Assembly (NCBI GenBank): GCA_963741955.1
Contig: CAVUKB010000007.1
Span: forward strand, 1,235,628 to 1,299,627
Length of the DNA: 64,000 bases
Origin: an uncultured Acidobacteriota bacterium
Lineage (GTDB): Bacteria; Acidobacteriota; Thermoanaerobaculia; Gp7-AA8
Reading direction: 5' to 3'
Position 1 is the first letter of the stretch. Each line of letters begins with the position of its first letter. Below the pieces are notes generated by a model. It was given only the letters and a program-made list of their open reading frames with translations, was not told the DNA's origin and made no database searches. A program made the position numbers and the translations under genes. Shown here one piece after another: positions 1 to 12,965 of this stretch.

Positions 1-1
1 G

Positions 2-2301
<2,300 letters not shown>

Positions 2302-2330
2302 CATCGCGGCATCTCGCGCAGAGCCCCTCC

Positions 2331-3750
2331 CAGTGGGTCGTGCGTCGCGCACGAGGCTCCCCGGCATCATGCCGGGGAGCGATGGCGTGGATGAGACGCG
2401 AGTCGCTCTTCTTGCGTTGCAGTGAGTGTCGGGTCGCGGTCTTCGGGAGGATCGCGGGTTTCGTCGCGGAACAGGGCGGCGCGGGACGCCGCCCTGCATC
2501 GGACGAGACGTCCAACCCACAGCCGCCCTGCATCGGACGAGACGTCCAACCCACTACAGTGGGTCGTGCGTCCCGCACGAGGCTCCCCGGCATCATGCCG
2601 GGGAGCGATGGCGTGGATGAGACGCGAATCGTACTTCTCGCGCTGCAGTGAGTTCGGGTGTCGGTCTTCGGGGAGATCGCGGGTTTCGTCGCGGAACAGT
2701 GCGGCGCGGGACGCCGCCCTGCATCGGACGAGACGTCCAACCCACAGCCGCCCTGCATCGGACGGGACGTCCAACCCACTACAGTGGGTCGTGCGTCCCG
2801 CACGAGGCTCCTCGGCATCATGCCGGGGAGCGATGGCGTGGATGAAACGCGAGTCGCTCTTCTCGCGCTGCAGTGAGTTCGGGTCTCGGTCTTCGGGGAG
2901 ATCGCGGGTTTCGTCGCGGAACAGGGCGGCGCGGGACGCCGCCCTGCATCGGACGGGACGTCCAACCCACAGCCGCCCTGCATCGGACGGGACGTCCAAC
3001 CCACTACAGTGGGTCGTGCGTCCCGCACGAGGCTCCCCGGCATCATGCCGGGGAGCGATGGCGTGGATGAGACGCGAGTCGCTCTTCTCGCGTTGCAGTG
3101 AGTTCGGGTGTCGGTCTTGGGGGAGATCGCAGGTTTCGTCGCGGAACAGGGCGGCGCGGGACGCCGCCCTGCATCGGACGAGACGTCCAACCCACAGACG
3201 CCCTGCATCGGACGAGACGTCCAACCCACTACAGTGGGTCGTGCGTCCCGCACGAGGCTCCCCGGCATCATGCCGGGGAGCGATGGCGTGGATCAGACGC
3301 GAGTCGCTCTTCTCGCGTTGCAGTGAGTTTCGGGTCGCGGTCTTCGGGGAGATCGCGGGTTTCGTCGCGGAACAGGGCGGCGCGGGACGCCGCCCTGCAT
3401 CGGACGAGACGTCCAACCCACAGACGCCCTGCATCGGACGAGACGTCCAACCCACTACAGTGGGTCGTGCGTCCCGCACGAGGCTCCCCGGCATCATGCC
3501 GGGGAGCGATGGCGTGGATGAAACGCGAGTCGCTCTTCTCGCGCTGCAGTGAGTTCGGGTGTCGGTCTTGGGGAGGATCGCGGGTTTCGTCGCGGAACAG
3601 GGCGGCGCGGGACGCCGCCCTGCATCGGACGAGACGTCCAACCCACAGCCGCCCTGCATCGGACGAGACGTCCAACCCACAGCCGCCCTGCATCGGACGA
3701 GACGTCCAACCCACAGCCGCCCTGCATCGGACGGGACGTCCAACCCACAG
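2331..3750. repeat. Tandem array A: 6 units of 225-226 bp built from REP-like hairpins
   Basis: Unit start CAGTGGGTCGTGCGTC at 2331, 2557, 2782, 3007, 3232, 3458. Units 1-5 end in two copies of a ~34-bp subrepeat (GCCGCCCTGCATCGGACGAGACGTCCAACCCAC); the last unit has four. Confidence 0.95.
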
Positions 3751-4093
3751 AGAGTGTCCGGGCGGTCACGCCGCGTGCAGAACGTTCGTTCATGTGAAGG
3801 CCCGGGCTGCGCGGGCACGCGTCGCGCCCGCCTCGATCCTCGAGGAAGGGAAAGAAGCTTGTGTTTGCCGGCGCAGTGAGCGGGCGAGTGTTGCTCCGGT
3901 ACGAATATTGCTTGAGCTCGTGCGAAAGGGTTCGAGCCAATGCGCGTCAGGAGACAGAAAGACGCACCTGCGAGAATCTCGACGCCTCTTCGTTCGTCCA
4001 ATCCGACGCCCCAATCTGAAGGCGGTCGTCCCGCCTGAAACGTCTTCATCTTCGTGGAAGTCCTTTCCGAACGGATGCTGGGAGTGAACAGCC

Positions 4094-5287
4094 GTGAGAA
4101 TTCTTTATTGCGCCTCGATCGCATTCATCCTGTTTGCTGAAGGAACCGCCTATGCCCTCCCCGCCTTTGCCCGGCGAGAGGGCGTGAAGTGTCAAATGTG
4201 CCACTTCCGGTTACCTGAGCTCAATGAGGATGGACATGCTTACGTTCGCCGAGGTCTCCGGGAGGAACCAAGGAGCAAGATGAGCGAAGGAGAGGCTGGC
4301 TCCGGGGAGGAGATGGGGCAGCCGACGAAGACGCCGGCAGCGGCGGTTCGCCGGAAGTTGGGAGAGCCGCTGCCGCTGCAGTGGGCCGACTACTTCACAG
4401 TCATGGGCCACCACATGGTGACGCAGAATCGCGGAAGCCGGACCCGGTTCGATGCAGGTCGCATCGATCTCTGGATGGGAGGCCCAATCGATCGGCATTG
4501 GTCAGGACTGGTAAATCCGACCGCGGACATTGAAGAAGGCGGCCTGGACGTCGAGCAAGCATATGTGCATTACGACTCGCACTGGAATGAGAGATTCGTG
4601 TCGGCCCGAGTAGGACAGATCATGCCGTTTGCGATTCTTTTCAACCAGGGCGGTCCTGGCATGTCGTTGAGCGCCCCGGTCGTGCTCACCACGGCAGCCG
4701 ACACGGGAACGACGTGGACGCCGACCACATTGATGCGCGGCGCTGAAATTGGGGCGGTGAACCTGCCGCGGTGGAATGTCTATGCGGGAGTGGTGCAGCC
4801 GAATCGCGAGGGCTCGCAGACCACCGACCCCCACACTGACGCATATGCGAGTGCCGAATACCTGATCGGAAAACGAGGCGATTCGCTCACTGCGTACGGC
4901 TACTGGGGGAAGGCGACGGGGCTGGATGCTCACGACCGCGGATTTCACCGGATCGGATTATTCGCAAATGCGTATGCGAAGAGCACGAAAGCGACGGCGG
5001 GATATCTGACGGGGTCGGATGATTCCGTCGGGCGTTCGCTCGACAACTGGGGCTATTTCGTGCAGGCGGAGCAGCTTCTCTCGGAACAGTGGGCCGCGTA
5101 CGTACGCTACGACCGCTTCCGCCAGGACCTGGCGGCCGGGGGTGCTCGCAGCATCGATGGACCGTCGGTCGGAGTGTCGTGGTGGGCGCAGTCCCAGATT
5201 CGCCTGACGCTGGAAGGACGAGTCCTCGAGACGTCAGGAGAACGGAACAATCGAATGCTCATGGCCGAGTTCATGTGGGTTTTCTGA
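4094..5287 (+). CDS. Cyc2-like monoheme cytochrome c-porin fusion (outer-membrane beta-barrel)
   Basis: Signal peptide then LPAFARREGVKCQMCHFRLPELN, matching the Cyc2 N-terminal pattern PxFAR..CxxCH...PxL; alternating beta-strand pattern; C-terminal Phe (FMWVF). Confidence 0.75.
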   Translation: MRILYCASIAFILFAEGTAYALPAFARREGVKCQMCHFRLPELNEDGHAYVRRGLREEPRSKMSEGEAGSGEEMGQPTKTPAAAVRRKLGEPLPLQWADYFTVMGHHMVTQNRGSRTRFDAGRIDLWMGGPIDRHWSGLVNPTADIEEGGLDVEQAYVHYDSHWNERFVSARVGQIMPFAILFNQGGPGMSLSAPVVLTTAADTGTTWTPTTLMRGAEIGAVNLPRWNVYAGVVQPNREGSQTTDPHTDAYASAEYLIGKRGDSLTAYGYWGKATGLDAHDRGFHRIGLFANAYAKSTKATAGYLTGSDDSVGRSLDNWGYFVQAEQLLSEQWAAYVRYDRFRQDLAAGGARSIDGPSVGVSWWAQSQIRLTLEGRVLETSGERNNRMLMAEFMWVF

Positions 5288-5479
5288 GATTGCGAAGATC
5301 TTTGATCTCGCCGGGCACGAGCGGCCTTTGCCCATCGAAACCTTCCGCGTGGGGGGGGGCGGCGCCGCCAGCGCCAGGGCAGGCGAGTCTGCTTCCTCCG
5401 CTTTCCCCGACCCGTGGCACCTGGCGAGCCGGAGGAGCCACGGCTGGGCGTACCTTCCCGGCGGATGAGAGGAGGATCA

Positions 5480-6019
5480 ATGAGCAATCGTGCCGGTCTA
5501 ATCGTCGCTATCGTCCTGTTGTCTATCCCGGCCGGTGTCGTGCTCGTCTCCGCGACGGGTTGCAGTCGTCGGACCTACGCACCCCATGAAAAGAGCGAAG
5601 CGGCCTCCCCCCCTTTCTCGTTTCGGTCCAACGGTGAACGAATCTACTTCACGTTGACCGACGAGCGAGGCGAACGGATCTCGTTTCAGGGGGGACCGCC
5701 GTGGTTGTCGATGCATGGCGGCAGTTGCGCCGACTGCCACGGATCGGACGGGCGCGGTGGAAAACAGGTGATGATGGGAACTGCAGTCCCCGCCGACATC
5801 CGATACAGCGTCCTGACCGCGAAAGAGCATCCGGCGGGTGGAGAACATGCCGACCACCCTCCTTACACCGATCGTCTCATCAAGCGAGCGATCACAGAGG
5901 GACTCGACCCGGCAGGCGGGCGGCTCGATCAGACGATGCCGCGCTTCACCATGCCCGAGCAGGACTTGAACGACCTCGTGGACTATCTGAAACAGCTCGA
6001 TGGAAAGAGGGCGGAGTAA
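5480..6019 (+). CDS. Membrane-anchored or lipoprotein monoheme cytochrome c
   Basis: GGAGGA RBS at 5471; N-terminal hydrophobic segment ending ATGC; CADCH heme motif; distal Met in TMPRF; ends DLVDYLKQL. Confidence 0.85.
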   Translation: MSNRAGLIVAIVLLSIPAGVVLVSATGCSRRTYAPHEKSEAASPPFSFRSNGERIYFTLTDERGERISFQGGPPWLSMHGGSCADCHGSDGRGGKQVMMGTAVPADIRYSVLTAKEHPAGGEHADHPPYTDRLIKRAITEGLDPAGGRLDQTMPRFTMPEQDLNDLVDYLKQLDGKRAE

Positions 6020-6047
6020 GGTTGCGCACCTGCGACCAAAGCCGAGG

Positions 6048-8679
6048 GACGATCTGCGAGATCGACTTTCAGGGTTGCCCCTCACCCTTCCCTCTCCCCG
6101 AAGGGCGGTCCTCGGCTGAAGTTGTGTGAGTGCGGACGGGGAGAGGGTGGGCACGTGCCGCGTGCAGTTCCAGGGATTGAAATCTTCCCATCCGGATCTC
6201 GTCAATCTCCGAGCCCCGAGCCTCGCGAGAACGGTACGGCGTGCAGTCGTACGATTCGCGCAATCAACTTTCAGGGTTGCCCCTCACCCTTCCCTCTCCC
6301 CGAAGGGCGGTTCTCGGCTGAAGTTGTGTGGGTGCGGACGGGGAGAGGGTGGGCACGTGCCGCGTGCAGTTCCAGGGATTGAAATCTTCCAATTCGGATC
6401 TCGTCAATCTCCGAGCTTCGAGCTTCGAGCCTCGAGCCTCGAACCTCGAGCCTCGCGAGAACGGTACGGCGTGCAGTCGTACGATTCGCGCAATCAACTT
6501 TCAGGGTTGCCCCTCACCCTTCCCTCTCCCCGAAGGACGGTTCTCGGCTGAAGTTGTGTGAGTGCGGACGGGGAGAGGGTGGGCACGTGCCGCGTGCAGT
6601 TCCAGGGATTGAAATCTTCCAATCCGGATCTCGTCAATCTCCGAGCTTCGAGCTTCGAGCCTCGAGCCTCGAACCTCGAACCTCGAGCCTCGCGAGAACG
6701 GTACGGCGTGCAGTCGTACGATTCGCGCAATCAACTTTCAGGGTTGCCCCTCACCCTTCCCTCTCCCCGAAGGACGGTTCTCGGCTGAAGTTGTGTGAGT
6801 GCGGACGGGGAGAGGGTGGGCACGTGCCGCGTGCAGTTCCAGGGATTGAAATCTTCCAATCCGGATCTCGTCAATCTCCGAGCTTCGAGCTTCGAGCCTC
6901 GAGCCTCGAACCTCGAACCTCGAGCCTCGCGAGAACGGTACGGCGTGCAGTCGTACGATTCGCGCCATCAACTTTCAGGGTTGCCCCTCACCCTTCCCTC
7001 TCCCCGAAGGGCGGTTCTCGGCTGAAGTTGTGTGGGTGCGGACGGGGAGAGGGCGGGCACGTGCCGCGTGCAGTTCCAGGGATTGAAATCTTCCAATTCG
7101 GATCTCGTCAATCTCCGAGCTTCGAGCCTCGAGCCTCGAGCCTCGAGCCCCGCGAGAACGGTACGGCGTGCAGTCGTACGATTCGCGCCATCAACTTTCA
7201 GGGTTGCCCCTCACCCTGCCCTCTCCCCGAAGGGCGGTTCTCGGCTGAAGGTGCGTGAGTGCGGACGGGGAGAGGGTGGGCACGTGCCGCGTGCAGTTCC
7301 ATGGATTGAAATCTTCCAATCCGGATCTCGTCAATCTCCAATCTTCGAACCTCGAGCCTCGAGCCTCGAACCTCGAGCCTCGCGAGAACGGTACGGCGTG
7401 CAGTCGTACGATTCGCGCAATCAACTTTCAGGGTTGCCCCTCACCCTTCCCTCTCTCCGAAGGGCGGTCCTCGGCTGAAGTTGTGTGAGTGCGGACGGGG
7501 AGAGGGTGGGCACGTGCCGCGTGCAGTTCCAGGGATTGAAATCTTCCAATCCGGATCTCGTCATTCTCCGAGCCCCGAGCCTCGAGCCTCGAGCCTCGAG
7601 CCTCGAGCCTCGAACCTCGAGCCTCGCGAGAACGGTACGGCGTGCAGTCGTACGATTCGCGCAATCAACTTTCAGGGTTGCCCCTCACCCTTCCCTCTCC
7701 CCGAAGGGCGGTCCTCGGCTGAAGTTGTGTGAGTGCGGACGGGGAGAGGGTGGGCACGTGCCGCGTGCAGTTCCAGGGATTGAAATCTTCCAATCCGGAT
7801 CTCGTCAATCTCCGAGCTTCGAGCCTCGAACCTCGAGCCTCGAGCCTCGAGCCTCGAGCCTCGAACCTCGAGCCTCGCGAGAACGGTGCGGCGTGCAGTC
7901 GTACGATTCGCGCCATCAACTTTCAGGGTTGCCCCTCACCCTTCCCTCTCCCCGAAGGGCGGTTCTCGGCTGAAGGTGCGTGAGTGCGGACGGGGAGAGG
8001 GTGGGCACGTGCCGCGTGCAGTTCCATGGATTGAAAACTCCCAATCCGGATCTCGTCAATCTCCGAGCTTCGAGCCTCGAGCCTCGAGCCTCGAGCCTCG
8101 AGCCTCGAGCCTCGAGCCTCGAGCCTCGAGCCTCGAGCCTCGCGAGAACGGTACGGCGTGCGGTCGTACGATTCGCGCAATCAACTTTCAGGGTTGCCCC
8201 TCACCCTTCCCTCTCCCCGAAGGGCGGATCTCGGCTGAAGTTGTGTGGGTGCGGACGGGGAGAGGGTGCGCACGTGCCGCGTGCAGTTCCAGGGATTGAA
8301 ATCTTCCAATCCGGATCTCGTCAATCTCCGAGCTTCGAGCCTCGAACCTCGAGCCTCGCGAGAACGGTACGGCGTGCAGTCGTACGATTCGCGCAATCGA
8401 TCTTCAGGGTTGCCCCTCACCCTTCCCTCTCCCCGAAGGGCGGTTCTCGGCTGAAGTTGTGTGGGAGTGCGGACGGGGAGAGGGTGGGCACGTGCCGCGT
8501 GCAGTTCCAGGGATTGAAATCTTCCAATCCGGATCTCGTCATTCTTCGAGCCTCGAGCCTCGAGCCCCGCGCCTCGAGCCTCGAGCCTCGAGCCCCGAGC
8601 CTCGAGCCTCGAGCCTCGAGCCCCGCGCCCCGAGCCTCGAGCCTCGAGCCTCGAGCCCCGCGCCCCGAGCCTCGCGTTC
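6048..8679. repeat. Tandem array B: 11 units, each a ~188-bp constant block plus a variable (CGAGCCT)n tract
   Basis: Anchor (C/T)TTCAGGGTTGCCCCTCACCC at about 6066, 6268, 6498, 6735, 6972, 7195, 7425, 7669, 7920, 8185, 8401; spacings 202, 230, 237, 237, 223, 230, 244, 251, 265, 216, all differing by multiples of 7. Confidence 0.95.
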
Positions 8680-9150
8680 TCAGATCGCCGGGCCGGGGTG
8701 CTTCTTCAGCTCGAGCTTCCGCCGGCTGAGCTCCTCCCCCAGGGTGTCGAGCTCGTCGTCGCTCATCACGCTCTTCGCCTTCGGAAACATCTCGTCCTCT
8801 TCCTCGTGGATGTGGTGATGCACGAGCTCGTTGAGCACGTGGGCCTTCCCGAGGAACTCGTTGCTGTTCGGGTTGGTCTTCTTCAGCTCCGGGAGGACCA
8901 TGTCGACGACGTGGTGCTCTTCCTTCGACTCGAAGAAGAGAACCTCGTCTTCCTTCTTTTCGACCGCGTCGCGAAACGCGGGATAGAAGATCTCTTCTTC
9001 GATGGTGGTGTGGATGCGGAGCTCGCGGTCGATGCGATCGAGAAGCTCTTCGCGGTTCCTGGTCGCACTCGATTTCGTCTCGACCAGCTCGTCGAGGAGT
9101 TTCTTCACTTTCTGATGGTCTTCCTTCAGCACGTCGAGGGCGTTCGGCAT
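8680..9150 (-). CDS. Hemerythrin HHE cation-binding domain protein
   Basis: LKEDHQKV, IHTTIEEEIFYPA, EEHH and HHIHEEEDEMFP motifs; GGAGGA RBS before the ATG at 9150. Confidence 0.9.
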   Translation of the reverse strand: MPNALDVLKEDHQKVKKLLDELVETKSSATRNREELLDRIDRELRIHTTIEEEIFYPAFRDAVEKKEDEVLFFESKEEHHVVDMVLPELKKTNPNSNEFLGKAHVLNELVHHHIHEEEDEMFPKAKSVMSDDELDTLGEELSRRKLELKKHPGPAI

Positions 9151-9214
9151 TGGATCCTCCTGCCGTTCAACGTCGCAAGAGCGGTGCCGGAGCGCGGGGC
9201 GTTGCCGCGCGGCT

Positions 9215-9691
9215 CTACTTCCCCTGATCGGCGAGGTCCTGCGCCTGGTCGAGGGTCGTATCGATCGATTCCTGCCGCTGGACCACGTCTCCCGGGAGTG
9301 AGCCGCCGGTGCGGATTGCGGAGTCGAATTCGCCGGTGAGGCTGCGGAGTGCGTCGACGGCGTCTCGAGCCTTCGAGCAGGAGTCGTCCGGGCAGGAGCA
9401 GTCGGAGGAGGCGCGGGAGATCGCGCCATCGACGTCGGAGCGGAATGCGTCCCACGCGCCGAGGTCCGGAGAAGGGTTGGCAAAGCGCCCGATGCCGCCG
9501 CCCCAGAGCTCGCTCGCGGCTCGTGCGGATGCCACACACGGCGACGAGCCGGCCACGCCGGCCTCAGTGTGTGAAGCGCTGCTCCTGGAAAAATGCGAGC
9601 GGAACCAGGGGGAGCCGTAGCGAACGCCGACGACGACTGCGACGACGAGGACGACGAGGCGGATCAGAGTGCTGGAAGCCGATCGTGCCAT
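9215..9691 (-). CDS. Hypothetical exported protein with Cys cluster (CSC-x4-C)
   Basis: N-terminal TM segment and helical composition; same strand as its neighbours. Confidence 0.65.
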   Translation of the reverse strand: MARSASSTLIRLVVLVVAVVVGVRYGSPWFRSHFSRSSASHTEAGVAGSSPCVASARAASELWGGGIGRFANPSPDLGAWDAFRSDVDGAISRASSDCSCPDDSCSKARDAVDALRSLTGEFDSAIRTGGSLPGDVVQRQESIDTTLDQAQDLADQGK

Positions 9692-9715
9692 AGCGGAACG
9701 ATCATACGCCGATCA

Positions 9716-10852
9716 TCAGGAACCTGATGTCTTCTGGGCGAACGCGACCCGCATGAATCCGCGCGTCTCGGGATCTGCCATCGCGTAGGAACGGCAGAGG
9801 AGCTCCACCTCTTCGGGGTCGTCCGGATCTTCGACCGTGAATCCGTCCTCCGGCTGCGTGGGCGTGTCGACCGGGCGAGTGGTCCATTCGCCATCGGCCG
9901 AGAAGCGACACTCGATGAACGGCTTTCGTGGAGGAGGGGAGGTCGGCGCGGCCGCTTCGAGCGCCATGTCGAGCTCGAGCTCGAGCGACGTGTCGGTCTC
10001 GACCTCATCGTCAGTCGGGAGCTCGTCGAACCGGCTCCGCGCCGGGGGCGGCTGGCTCGACGGCGGCGTGGTCTCCGGAGCGGGAGTCTCGAGCTCGAGG
10101 GAGAGGTCGGGAGCCTCTTCCGGCGTCGCGGATTCCTCCGGCTGCACGGCGTCCGGTTCTTCTGCCTGCACTTCGAGTTTCTCTTCGATTTCTTCGGGGT
10201 GCGTTCCGGAGTCGTTCCCGGCGGGCTCCGCGTCGATCTCGAGCGGGATCTCCGGCTCGCTCTCGAACGAGATCTCGATCTCGGGCGAGGTTGCGAACGC
10301 TCCGGAGTCTGCTGCGAGGTCGCTCTCGATCTCGACGGACTCCTCGGTTACGGAGGAGATCTCCGGTTCGCTCTCGAATGAGATCTCGAGCTCCGGCGGG
10401 GCGAAGGCTCCGGACTCTGTTGCGAGGTCGCTCTCGATCTCCGGCTCCGAAAGTTCGGGCGCCTCGGGAGGGGGAGGGGGTGGTGGTGCGGAGCGACGCT
10501 TTTTCGGATCGCGTTCGTCGGGACAGACCGCCGATTCGTCGAGCTGTTGCAGTCTCTCTTGCAGATTCTCCTTCGAAGGTCCGATGCCCTCGACCAGGAG
10601 GAGTCCGGAGTGGTAGATCAGCTTCTCGCCGCTTCTCCCTCCGATCTGGCTGCGGACCACTTTCACCCGGAACGCGTAGAGCTCTTCGTTCCAGTCGAAC
10701 TCGAGACGGTGCAGAGTGCCGGGAGCGAGTTTGCCGTCGTGGAGAATGCGGAAGCCGGCGAGTGAGACGTCGACCACCGTGATCCGCTCCTTCCCCAGCA
10801 GGCCGGGAACGTGGACGAAGTAACGCGGTGAGCCTCTCCGTTCAGGATTCAA
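9716..10852 (-). CDS. PilZ-domain protein with long acidic Pro/Glu linker
   Basis: ERRGSPRY (RxxxR) and DVSLAG (DxSxxG) PilZ motifs; duplicated ~40-aa acidic repeat; compact C-terminal domain. Confidence 0.8.
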   Translation of the reverse strand: MNPERRGSPRYFVHVPGLLGKERITVVDVSLAGFRILHDGKLAPGTLHRLEFDWNEELYAFRVKVVRSQIGGRSGEKLIYHSGLLLVEGIGPSKENLQERLQQLDESAVCPDERDPKKRRSAPPPPPPPEAPELSEPEIESDLATESGAFAPPELEISFESEPEISSVTEESVEIESDLAADSGAFATSPEIEISFESEPEIPLEIDAEPAGNDSGTHPEEIEEKLEVQAEEPDAVQPEESATPEEAPDLSLELETPAPETTPPSSQPPPARSRFDELPTDDEVETDTSLELELDMALEAAAPTSPPPRKPFIECRFSADGEWTTRPVDTPTQPEDGFTVEDPDDPEEVELLCRSYAMADPETRGFMRVAFAQKTSGS

Positions 10853-10973
10853 CGTGACGTAGCTCTCTCATCGAAGTTCGGCCGTGAATCGCGAGGCGGC
10901 CGGGATCGGTTCATTGTAGGACGGCGCGGCGAAGATTTCGAATCCGCTGAGCCGCGGAGAGACTCCGAGCGCG

Positions 10974-11300
10974 CTATTCACGGAATTCATCCGCAACCCG
11001 GCGCTCGTTCCGGACCGACTCCATCACCACCTCGACGCGTCGAGGATCGTAGTCGAACGGGAGGAGCCCGAGGAATCGGAGCTGCTGGCGGAGCTCGGGG
11101 GTCGCGCTCTTCACGAAGAGGCGGTTCCAGGTCCAGAAGTCGGTCGGATGGAACCAGAGGGTCCGTTCACCTTCCGCCGCCGCGATGGCGGGCCGTTTGA
11201 AGAGTCTGAGAAAACCGTACTTCTGATCCCTCAGCTCCGCGCTCCCTTCGTGGACCACCGGCTCTCCGGCGGGATCGACCTCGATCCATACGACTTCCAT
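10974..11300 (-). CDS. Hypothetical protein
   Basis: 108-aa ORF with natural-looking composition, divergent from gdhA. Confidence 0.55.
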   Translation of the reverse strand: MEVVWIEVDPAGEPVVHEGSAELRDQKYGFLRLFKRPAIAAAEGERTLWFHPTDFWTWNRLFVKSATPELRQQLRFLGLLPFDYDPRRVEVVMESVRNERRVADEFRE

Positions 11301-11404
11301 CGCTCGATTTTACCCGTCGATTAGGTGCTGCGCTCGCATTCTCTCTTCGATGTGCTTATCTTTAGTACGGACTTCCGAGAACTCCCGTGCATTGACAACC
11401 CTGA

Positions 11405-12856
<1,452 letters not shown>

Positions 12857-12879
12857 GCCGTTGCCGGATCTCTCGAATC

Positions 12880-12920
12880 GGGCGATGAGGCGCACGGTGC
12901 GCTTCATCGCCCCTCTTTTT
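12880..12920 (+). terminator. Probable intrinsic terminator after gdhA
   Basis: GGGCGATGAGGCGCA-CGG-TGCGCTTCATCGCCC stem (one G-U pair) followed by CTCTTTTT. Confidence 0.7.
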
Positions 12921-12965
12921 GCGGCGGGAGATCGTCGGAACCGATAGCGAAGGGAGTGGGCGCTC

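Noticed and set aside
2331-8679. Arrays A and B as CRISPR arrays
   Set aside because: Repeats are far longer than CRISPR repeats, the intervening sequence is not unique, and no cas gene is in the window.
6069-8818. Repeated small ORFs with LEPRASS/EARGSR repeats
   Set aside because: They are translations of the 7-mer tract, and frames shift between units with heptamer number.
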